Made by a program: the position numbers and the translations under genes
Shown here: positions 51,243 to 61,720 of the stretch, piece by piece
Layout of the letters: each line of letters starts with the position of its first letter
Position numbering within the stretch: position 1 is the first letter of the stretch
The notes under the pieces: generated by a model
What the model was told of the DNA's origin: nothing
Databases searched by the model: none
What the model saw: only the letters and a program-made list of their open reading frames with translations
Source: Raja brachyura
Lineage: Eukaryota
Length of the DNA stretch: 64,000 bases
NCBI GenBank assembly: GCA_963514005.1
Contig: OY740782.1
Location: 123,070,001 to 123,134,000 of the forward strand
Reading direction: 5' to 3'

Positions 51243-51844
51243 GGGGCCTGTCCCACTTGGACGACCTAATCCACGTGTTTAGAAGACCCCTAGATGAGTT
51301 GAATAAAATGTCAAGGTCGTGTTGACTCGCCGAAGTAAAAGACCTCCTACGACTATGTCTGCGACCTCTTACGATTATGTCTACGACCTCCTACGATTAT
51401 GTCTACAACCTCCTACGACCCCCCCCTCAACCTCAGTCTTCCACACCTAAAACCAACTATGACTAGCTACGAGTGGAAAATGATCACATGATAAAATGAT
51501 GTCATGTTTTCATTTTTTTTTCTCAGGCCAGTTACCGACCTACGACTACCTACGACCACCCACGACTACCTACGACCTACTACGACCTACCTATGACCTA
51601 CCTACGAGTAAAAAGTAACAAGTTTTTCCATGCCAACCTTTTATTGACTCGTGGACATTTTTTATCAGGCTGGAAAAACCGCCGCAACCTACTGGAGTAC
51701 GCGGAGCCCACTCACGAACATGAGGAAGAGTTACAAAGACCTCCTACGATCTCCTACGACCTCATGGCGACCATGCTGCGAGTATGAGTCAAGGGCAAAC
51801 TCGGCAGTGGTCGCTAATTAGGTTGTGAAAGTGGGACAGGGGCT
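51243..51844. mobile_element. PIF/Harbinger-like non-autonomous element with internal CTACGAC repeats
   Basis: TIR ggggcctgtcccactt...aagtgggacagggg; TAA flanks; shares ttt(a/g)ctcgtggacattttt-like block with the 34065 MITE. Confidence 0.8.
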
Positions 51845-52564
51845 TAAGTGTTTTGATAGACACAAAATGCAAATTATAGGTACAGCATGTTTCGCTGAGA
51901 CAGCTTACAATCAGGGGTATGAATATTGATTTCTCAAATTTCAAGTAACCCTTGCATTTCCTCTCTCTCCATTCATACCCTAACCTAATCTGTTACCCTA
52001 ACCCTGTCCTGCTAGTTTCACTGTTCATATCCCTTTGTTATCACCTCCTCCACAGCCAACTATGGACCATTGTGAGCTCCTTGGCCACCAGTGCAGGCTC
52101 TAATTTGTTCTGTACCTTTTCATACCTCTAGTCTCCCTCTCGCTTGACTCAATCTGAAGAAGGGTCTCAACCTGAAACATCACATTCATTTTCTGCAGAG
52201 ATGCTGCATGACCAGCTGAGTTACTCCAGCATTTTTGTGTCTATCTTCGGTGTAAACCAGCATCTGCAATTCTTTCCTATACAACTATGCAACAAATCTG
52301 TATGTCAACACCAGATGCAGACTGCAAAGTTCAATCAGCAAAATGTGTGGACTGCATTCCCTTTAAAGTTTTCTGGTGAATCCATACTCACAAAATATTT
52401 ACATAGTCTGGCAGGCAATGAGTATCTGGTAGATGTGTTAGATCATATTGGAGATGCCTTTATCTCAGAACAAAATGTGTTAATTTGAAACTGGAAATTT
52501 GGGGAGATAGATTGGAACAATTGGGAATATATATATATATTTTTTAATTAATGATCTATTTTTA

Positions 52565-52935
52565 AACATAGAAACATAGAAACATAGAAATTAGGTGCAG
52601 GAGTAGGCCATTCGGCCCTTCGAGCCTGCACCGCAATTCAATATGATCATGGCTGAATCCCGTACTCAGTATCCCGTACCTGCCTTTTCTCCATACCCTC
52701 TGATCCCCTTAGCCACAAGGGCCGCATCTAACTCCCTCTTAAATATAGCCAATGAACTGGCCTCAACTACCCTCTGTGGCAGAGAGTTCCAGAGACCCAC
52801 CACTCTCTGTGTGAAAAAAGTCCTTCTCATCTCGGTCCTAAAGGATTTCCCCCTTATCCTTAAGCTGTGACCCCTTGTCCTGGACCTCCCCAACATCAGG
52901 AACAATCTTCCTGCATCTAGCCTGTCCAACCCCCT
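52565..52935 (-). mobile_element. CR1 3' fragment
   Basis: ORF 52666..52929; (aaacatag)n tail. Confidence 0.9.
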
Positions 52936-53148
52936 TAAGTGTCTACCTTGTAAGTAGTTAATCTTTCATCCCCACCAGAGTTCTGGATTAGTCGAAGGAA
53001 TGAATAGGACACTAAAGAGTGTGGGAGTTAGTTTTGACCTACAGGCCCTGGATAGAGGAGAACCAAGAAAGGACAATGGGGCTATTGACCCTCCTTTTTA
53101 TCCTGAGGTTGACACAGATGGGCTGGACTTGGGGAACAACCATTGCAC

Positions 53149-54448
53149 GAAGACGTCCTGAATAAGGCTGAGAACTGTCCTTACGTTTATAACACTGACT
53201 AAGATGGATCAATTACCACAGGTTCTTGAAGTAACCAGAAAAAGGTGGCAGCTGATCCTGGAGCTACAGACTGAGCTGAAACAGATGAAAAATGTGCTCA
53301 CCAATGCCCAGTCTGAAAATGACCATCTCACTTCCATCAAACAGCAGCTGAAGGAGAGCAATCAGGTTGTGGAGTTGCAAAGCCTTGATTTTAGTGCAAC
53401 TCAGTGACAGAACTGGATTGAGGTAAATCACAGCCGGGATCAAAGTGAGGAGCTCAGTTGGGATGGATCAGACAGAAAGTCGGCATAGATGTAGAAGGAA
53501 GAAGATTGCTGCTTTCACACCTGATGGACAACTTGGTTGAAAGAACGTCTTTACAGATCAGGAGGAAGTGCAAAGCCTTTGGTCACTACTTTGGAAAGAC
53601 GAACCACATTTGATCAATCATTTTGAAGCATTTCGAGCTCTATCGTGTGACCAAGGGTCTAGAGAGAGAGAGAAACTGAACATTTTGAAAAAGATGGACC
53701 TCTTGAGAGAGATTATGCATAACCCTGACCAGGAAGACAATGACTCAGACCTGTAGGGTAATCAGTGTGATGACAATCAGGACATTGATAAGGATGGCAA
53801 CAATGGCATTCCTGATGAGAGGGGCAATTGCCGTTTTGCTCCCAACCCTGACCAGATCGATGCCAATGGTAACGGCAGAGGAGACACCTGCAAGGAAGAC
53901 TTTGACAACAACAACATCCCATATATCTATGACATGTGCCCCGAGAACAGCGCCATCAGTGAGACTGACCTGAGGAAGTTCCAAAGGGGACGATGCAGAT
54001 CGATCCTAACTGGGTGGCGCGCAACAAGGGCAGGGAGTTGCTGCAGACCGGCAACTCTGACCCTGGCCCTGTTGTCAGATTCAAGGAGTTCAATGACATC
54101 AACTTCAGTGGCACCTTTCACGTTAACACAGACCGCTATCTACGCCGGCTTTGTCTTTGGCTTCCAGTCCAGAAGCCGGTTCTATGTGGTGATGTGGACG
54201 TAGGTCACCCAAACCTACTGGGAGGAGAAGCTGTCCAAAGCTGGTATCTCGCTCAAGGTGGTGAACCCTACCACGGGCCGAGAGCGGGGAGCACCTGTGC
54301 AACGTTCTCCGAAGAGACTGGCAACACCCTCAGACAGGTGTGAACTTTGTGGCACGTCCCCATCGGCTGAAAGGATTACACCGCCTACATGTGGCACCTG
54401 ATCCCCCATCAACCCTAAACAGGCTTCATCTGGATGGTGGTCAATGAA
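53149..54448 (+). pseudogene. Intronless thrombospondin (THBS2-like) fragment: type-3 repeats plus C-terminal lectin-like domain, interrupted and decayed
   Basis: [17 protein letters not shown]; [26 protein letters not shown]; [11 protein letters not shown]; QIDPNWV; NSDPG; [11 protein letters not shown]; [18 protein letters not shown]; VTQTYWE; KDYTAY; GFI. Confidence 0.88.
53210..53715 (+). pseudogene. Scrambled intronless fragments of a CRACR2A/CRACR2B/RAB44-family coiled-coil region
   Basis: DQEEVQSLWSLLWKDEPHLINHFEAF resembles CRACR2A [51 protein letters not shown] resembles [25 protein letters not shown]. Confidence 0.7.
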
Positions 54449-54597
54449 GAGAGTGAGAACTGGTGGTCATACCTTTGGGATACTATGATGCATTGTGGCT
54501 CTATCATTCTGCTCTAATCTTTATCATTAAATTTTTGCGACCATTGTGTGTCTATCGAGGACTGTGAATGTTATCATGTATGATAAAAAGGAGGGAA

Positions 54598-55139
54598 TGA
54601 AAGAGCTAATTGCAAAATCTAATATAGTTTACAACATGGAGTCGTTTTTCTGGTCCAATAGAACAAAAGAATGGCTTGCTGCCAAGTGTGAATGACTTTG
54701 CAAATTATATGGAACACAATATGGAGGACAGGTTGTCTTTTTAATAACGATATTAAGATGGAATCCTGCAGCACTAACATGTGGTTCTGTCAAGGCCATA
54801 AAGAAGCCAAGATTGAAAACATAGCTGATGCTGCAGAGATAAACAATAACTTGTTCTTGGATGAGCTTGATTTGGACCCAATTTTGTCCTATATTCAGAA
54901 AGGCTTTAGAATCTTTCAATCATGCCATATTCAGACTTGGTACGTGTGTTTTACTGATAAGAAAAATGTATAACTGCAGTAATTCCTCTTTGTTCTGTGA
55001 GTGGAGCCCGAGAAGCACTGAGCAACATTTGTGCTTTTTGTAGATCTCGCCACTCCCGTCTGACGAATCGATTAAAGATTGGCTTGGTTTACCTTTAACC
55101 AGTTTGTTGTTGTCTGCTTTTAAAAAACAAACTTTGACA
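54598..55139 (+). repeat. 3' LTR of the cargo-carrying ERV
   Basis: TG directly after the PPT; ATTAAA at 55071-55076; ends ctttgaCA. Confidence 0.75.
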
Positions 55140-55429
55140 CTAGTATTTTATCTTGTTTTTGGTTGCATTGGGATGAAACTTGCTGGGAACTGCCAGCCTT
55201 TCCAAGGAGAAATAGTGCCAATTATCCCACGCAAGTTCCAGGATGTTCGGATATACTTCTGAAGGCCAGAATTGGGCAAACTCTGTTGGTGATTTTCTGA
55301 CTGTGTCAGCTGGACTCTGTAATGGACTCTAGTGACAGATTACAAAATTAATAGATTCCCAGTACATATTTTGATGACTTTTCTGGCAGAATCTGTGACA
55401 AATTAAATTTGGCAAAAGAACCACAATAA

Positions 55430-55702
55430 CCTGGTGGAACAGCAGTAGAGTTACTGTCTTACAGAGCTCACAGCGCCAGAGAACCGGGTTAGATGCCGAC
55501 TACTTGTATGGAGTTTGTACGTTCTCCCCGTGACCTGCTTGGGTTTTCTCAGAGATCTCCGGTTTCCTCCCACACTCCAAAGATGTACAGGTTTGTAGGT
55601 TAATTAGCGTGGTAAAATTGCATTAATGTGCGGGGATCGCAGGTAGGCACGGACTCGGTGGGCGGAAGGGCCTTTTTCTGCACTGTATCTCAAAACTAAA
55701 CC
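55430..55702 (+). mobile_element. HE1-type SINE
   Basis: tRNA-like head, V-domain ggtttcctcccacactccaaagatgtacagg, CR1-like tail, aaactaaac end. Confidence 0.85.
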
Positions 55703-55979
55703 AAATTCCCTACATTTAAATGGAGATTCTACATCAAATAGGTGGAAAGATAAGAATAACAAAATTAATTGTTTTAGTAATTAACAATTGTTGCCAAGTA
55801 TTTTCATATCTAATTTTCTATTTAATTTCTAAGTTGTTATATTGATATGAAAGTGTGATTTAATTTTCTATTTAAATCCCTAACAGTTGATTTTTATAAT
55901 ATAAATTGTTTATTTGATTTTAAGAACGTGGAGGCTCAATTGCTGACTATGTTCAAGAGACAGATATGTTTTTGGATAT

Positions 55980-56525
55980 TACATAGAAACATAGAAAATA
56001 GGTGCAGGAGTAGGCCATTCGACCCTTCGAGCCTGCATTGCCATTCAATATGATCATGGTTAATCATCCAACTCAGTATCCCGTACCTGCCTTCTCTCCA
56101 TGACCCCTGATCCCTCTGGCCACAAGGGCCACATCTAACTCCCTCTTAAATATAGCCATTGAACTGGCCTCAACTACCTTCTATGGAAGAGAATTCCAGA
56201 GATTCACCACTCTCTGTGTGAAAAATGTTTTTCTCATCTTGGTCCTAAAAGATTTCCCCCTTATCCTTAAACTGTGACCCCTTGTCCTGGACTTCCCCAA
56301 CATCGGGAACAATCTTCCTGCATCTAGCCTGTCCAACCCCTTAAGAATTTTGTAAGTTTCTATAAGATCCCCCCTCAATCTTCTAAATTCTAGTGAGTAC
56401 AAGCCGAGCCTATCCAGTCTTTCTTCATATGAAAATCCTGACATCACAGGAATCAGTCTGTTGAACCTTCTCTGTACTCCCTCTATGGCAAGAATGTCTT
56501 TCCTCAGATTTGGAGACCAAAACTG
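55980..56525 (-). mobile_element. CR1 3' fragment
   Basis: ORF 56181..56531 QFWSPNLRKD...LWNSLP. Confidence 0.9.
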
Positions 56526-57647
56526 TCGCAAGAATTACAAGAATCAAGGGATATAGAGAGGAAGTGCAGAAAAGTGACATTGCGGTAAAAGTCATTCGTA
56601 ATCTTACCGAGAAGGTGCAAAGGTTGAATGGTGCATTCCTGCTCTGCTTTCTTTTGTATTTGTGTTCTTATCAACATTGATATCTGCCGTGCAAAAAAAA
56701 ACACAGAAACAATTCAAATACCTTGTAATTATGTGAAATTAAAATAGGTATATGAACCATAAGTTTTAGCATACAGCAATACCCAAGAGGATGTTTTATT
56801 TTGTCTATTTTTTCAAATTTTTTCAATCTTGTGGCCAGATTTGGATGAAAAGTTGGCAAGCTTCCATGATTATATTTGCTTAAGTTTGTTATTCCTATTC
56901 TTTTTTTGATTAAAAAAATAATTTTCATAACTGATGAAGGATTTAAAGAAGGAATATGACAATTTCCATGTGTTCATTGGGCTCCCATTGTTTATGCTAA
57001 TTTCTCCTTGTTTACATTCTGGTGTTCACTAATGAATTTGGCAAGAATGTTTCAGTGTAAATACATTCAATAGAACCGGGTAGAAACTCAACTAGATTTT
57101 GGCATGACTCACCAGTTGTGTCTCTCGAAAAAATTCCATCCCATTAACTTAATTTTAATAGAACCAAAAATAAACATTTTTTAACTGAGAGAAGTTGAGA
57201 AGACAATACATATGCTCCAAAAATACTCCGTCAAGATTTATGAGAGTTTAAAAAAATAAGGTAAATTGAAAGGAGGGATCCACTAAGACATACACATTTA
57301 GAATTATAGATATAATACCTAGGTGTTTCACAATACAAGGTACATAGAAATGCTATCCTCAAGTTTATATTCAGGTTAATTGGAACAATGTGGGAGGCCA
57401 GAAACAGAATGAATTGGAGAATTAAAGTGAAAGCTCAGGGTCACCCTGACAAACTGATTTGAAACTTTAATTGGAGACTCAGGGAACTGCAGATTCTGGA
57501 ATCTTGGCAAAACACAAAGTGCTGGAGGAAGTGAGCTTCTGTTAAGGGAATAGACAGACGAAGTTTCAGGTCCGAACCCTTCTTAAAACTTCTTAAAACT
57601 GTAACTGTTTTTTCCCTCCACAGATTCTGATTCTCCAGCTGAATATT

Positions 57648-58192
57648 CTGGTCTCCAAATCTGAGGAAGGACATTATTGCCATAGAGGGAGTGCAGCGAA
57701 GGTTCACCAGACTGATTCCTGGGATGTCAGGACTGTCTTATGAACAAAGACTGCATAGACTCGGTTTATACTCTCTAGAATTTAGGAGATTGAGAGGGGA
57801 TCTTATAGAAACTTACAAGATTCTTAACGGGTTGGACAGGCTAGATGCAGGAAGATTGTTCCCGATGTTGGGGAGGTCCAGAACAAGGGGTCACAGCTTA
57901 AGGATAAGGGGGAAATCCTTTAGGACCGAGATGAGAAGAATTTTTTTCACACAGAGAGTGGTGGGTCTCTGGAACTCTCTGCCACAGAGGGTAGTTGAGG
58001 CCAGTTCATTGGCTATATTTAAGAGGGAGTTAGATGTGGCCCTTGTGGCTAGGGGGATCAGAGGGTATGGAGAGAAGGCAGGTACGGGATACTGAGTTGG
58101 ATGATCAGCCATGATCATATTGAATGGCGGTGCAGGCTCGAAGGGCCGAATGGCCTACTCCTGCACCTAATTTCTATGTTTCTATGTTTCTA
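57648..58192 (+). mobile_element. CR1 3' fragment
   Basis: ORF 57691..58095; (ttctatgt)n tail. Confidence 0.9.
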
Positions 58193-58867
58193 ATATTTAC
58201 AGCTATATTGGTTTTTATTTCAGATTCTAACATCTAAAGTGTTATGCATTTGGGCCATAATTAAATTGTTGATTTAGTCATATTTTCTAGACCATGTTGT
58301 ATTTAGAGTCAGCGTACCAGCTTTATGTACTCTTTTAAGTTCAGGAATTTAAAATTATAGTGGCATATTCATTCTCAAGAGAGATTTTTGAAAGTTAGTG
58401 CTACAAATTTTTTTCCTGTGATATCATGTAATTAAAAAGATCTGTTTGTCATAATCTTGCAAAACTATAAAGATTAAAGCAATAGGGATTTTTTAAATTC
58501 CCCAATGGATTCTGAATATATTATATAGGCTCCCTTTAAAACTTCATAATGCAATAGCATTTATCTGAAATTTTTTAAATGCATCCACGATTGTACCTGG
58601 TTGAAAATGGATCAGAAGTTAATAATATATCAGAATGATCAAATCCATAGATAGTGCTGTTGTAGTTGCTGGGCATTAGGATGAAGGTTTAGGTGTATAA
58701 TATCATTTGTGATGGAAGCAGTTCAATTTTGCTATCAAAAAAAGATGAATGGACAGTGATCTAATGATGTTGGTAACCAGAACCCATTTAATTTTCATTC
58801 CATTGCTATGGTTATGTCAACGTTTTTCATTCATTGTAATGATGTTTGCCAATTTACATTACATTTC

Positions 58868-61720
58868 ATTGTAAGAAAGGTGGATGAGCTTAGAGTCTGG
58901 ATAGACACCTGGAAGTATGATGTTGTGGCGATCAGTGAAACATGGTTGCAGGAGGGCTGTGATTGGAAACTAAATATTCCAGGATTTCGTTGCTTCAGGT
59001 GTGATAGAATTGGAGGGGCAAGAGGTGGAGGTGTTGCATTGCTAGTCAGGGAAGATATTACAGCAGTGCTTTGGCAGGATAGATTGGAGGGCTCATCTAG
59101 GGAGGCTATTTGGGTGGAACTTAGAAGTGGGAAAGGTGTAGCAACACTTATAGGGGTATATTATAGACCGCCAAATGGGGAACGAGAATTGGAAGAGCAA
59201 ATATGTAAAGAGATAGCAGATATTAATAGTAAGCACAAGGTAGTGATTGTGGGAGATTTCAACTTTCCACACATAGACTGGGAAACACATTCTGTAAATG
59301 GGCTGGATGGTTTGGAGTTTGTAAAATGTGTGCAGGATAGTTTTTTGCAGCAATACATAGAGGTGCCTACTAGAGGAGGGGCAGTGCTGGACCTCCTGTT
59401 AGGAAATGAGACGGGACAGGTGGTGGAGGTATGCGTAGGGGAGCACTTCGGGTCCAGTGATCACAATACCATTAGTTTCAATATAATTATGGAGAAGGAC
59501 AGAACTGGGCCTAGGGTTGAGATTTTTGATTGGAGAAAGGCTAACTTTAACGAGATGCGAGATGATTTAAAAGGAGTGAACTGGGACATTTTGTTTTATG
59601 GGAAAGATGTAGAGGAGAAATGGAGGACATTTAAAGGGGAAATTTTAAGAGTACAAAATCTTTATGTTCCTGTTCGGTTGAAAGGAACCAGTAAAAATTG
59701 GAAAGAGCCCTGGTTTTCAAGGGTAATTGGACATCTTGTTCGGAAAAAGAGGGAGATCTACAATAATTATAGGCAGCATGAAGTAAATGATGTGCTTGAG
59801 GAGTATAAGGAATGTAAAAAGAATCTAAAGAAAGAAATTAGAAAAGCTAAAAGAAGATATGAGGTTGCTTTGGCAAGTAAGGTGAAAGTAAATCCAAAGG
59901 GTTTCTACAGCTATGTTAATAGCAAAAGGATAACAAGGGATAAAATTGGTCCATTGGAGAGACCGAGTGGACAGCTATCTGCAGAGCCAAAAGAGATGGG
60001 GGAGATATTGAACAATTTCTTTTCTTCGGTATTCACCAAGGAGAAGGATATTGAATTATGTGAGGTAAGGGAAACTAGTAGAGTAGCTATGGATACTATG
60101 AGTTTCAAAGTAAAAGAAGTACTGGCACTTTTGAAAAATATAAAAGTGGATAAGTCTCCAGGTCCTGACAGGATATTCCCTAGGACATTGAGGGAAGTTA
60201 GTGTAGAAATAGCCGGGGCTATGACAGAAATATTTCAAATGTCATTAGAAACTGGAATAGTCCCCGAGGATTGGCGTACTGCGCATGTTGTTCCATTGTT
60301 TAAAAAGGGTTCTAAAAGTAAACCTAGCAATTATAGACCGGTTAGTTTGACTTCAGTGGTGGGCAAATTAATGGAAAAGATACTTAGAGATAATATATAT
60401 AAGTATCTGGATAAAGAGGGTCTAATTAGGAACAGTCAACATGGATTTATGCCTGGAAGGTCATGTTTGACTAATCTTCTTGAATTTTTTGAAGAGGTTA
60501 CTAGGGAAATTGACGAGGGTAAAGCAGTGGATGTTGTCTATATGGACTTCAGTAAGGCCTTTGACAAGGTTCCTCATGGAAGGTTGGTTAAGAAGGTTCA
60601 ACTGTTGGGTATAAATGCAGGAATAGCAAGATGGATTCAACAGTGGCTGAATGGGAGAAGCCAGAGGGTAATGGTGGATGACTGTTTGTCGGGTTGGAGG
60701 CAGGTGACTAGTGGGGTGCCTCAGGGATCTGTGTTGGGTCCTTTGTTGTTTGTCATGTACATCAATGATCTGGATGAAGGGGTGGTAAATTGGATTAGTA
60801 AGTATGCAGATGATACCAAGATAGGGGGTGTTGTGGATAATGAAGAGGATTTCCAAAGTCTACAGAGTGATTTAGGCCAGTTGGAAAAATGGGCTGAAAG
60901 ATGGCAGATGGAGTTTAATGCTGATAAATGTGAGGTGCTACACCTTGGCAGGACAAATCAAAATAGGACGTACATGGTAAACGGTAGGGAATTGAAGAAT
61001 ACAGTTGAACAGAGGGATCTGGGAATAACCGTGCATAGTTCCTTGAAGGTAGAATCTCATATAGATAGGGTGGTAAAGAAAGCTTTTGGTATGCTAGCCT
61101 TTATAAATCAGAGCATTGAGTATAGAAGCTGGGATGTAATGTTAAAATTGTACAAGACGTTGGTGAGACCAAATCTGGAGTATGGTGTACAATTTTGGTC
61201 GCCCAATTATAGGAAGGATGTCAACAAAATAGAGAGGGTACAGAGGAGATTTACTAGAATGTTGCCTGGGTTTCAACAGCTAAGTTACAGAGATAGGTTG
61301 AATAAGTTAGGTCTTTATTCTCTGGAGCGCAGAAGGTTAAGGGGTGACTTGATAGAGGTCTTTAAAATGATGAGAGGGATAGACAGAGTTAATGTGGACA
61401 AGCTTTTCCCTTTGAGAATAGGGAAGATTCAAACAAGAGGACATGACTTTAGAATTAAGGGACAGAGGTTTAGGGGTAACATGAGGGGGAACTTCTTTAC
61501 TCAGAGAGTGGTAGCGGTGTGGAATGAGCTTCCAGTGGAAGTGGTGGCGGCAGGTTCGTTGGTAACATTTAAAAATAAATTGGATAGGCATATGGATGAG
61601 AAGGGTATGGAGGGTTATGGTATGAGTGCAGGCAGGTGGGACTAAGGGAAAAAAGTTGTTTGGCACGGACTTGAAGGGCCGAGATGGCCTGTTTCCGTGC
61701 TGTAATTGTTATATGGTTAT
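58868..61720 (+). mobile_element. Young CR1 LINE with uninterrupted ORF2 (APE endonuclease + RT), 5'-truncated at the start of ORF2
   Basis: ORF 58808..61645 has ISETW, VGDFN, SDHN, KSPGPD, QGSVLGP, YADD with no stops; 3' tail gttatatggttat. Confidence 0.95.

Larger units (their letters stand above)
52940..55139 (+). mobile_element. 5'-truncated endogenous retrovirus remnant carrying host cDNA fragments
   Basis: Integrase motif HPHQSSGLVEGMNRTLK (52967-53017); signal-peptide-like MGLLTLLFILRL (53076); cargo; ENWWSYLWD (54455); PPT aaaaaggagggaa (54585-54597); LTR. Confidence 0.75.

Noticed and set aside
53149-54448. Functional thrombospondin gene
   Set aside because: Stops, frameshifts and internal deletions, no introns, and no N-terminal domains.
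56600-58800. Possible 3' exons of the upstream neighbour (MPP7 in mammals)
   Set aside because: No recognisable guanylate-kinase C-terminal peptide was found; AT-rich sequence alone is not evidence.
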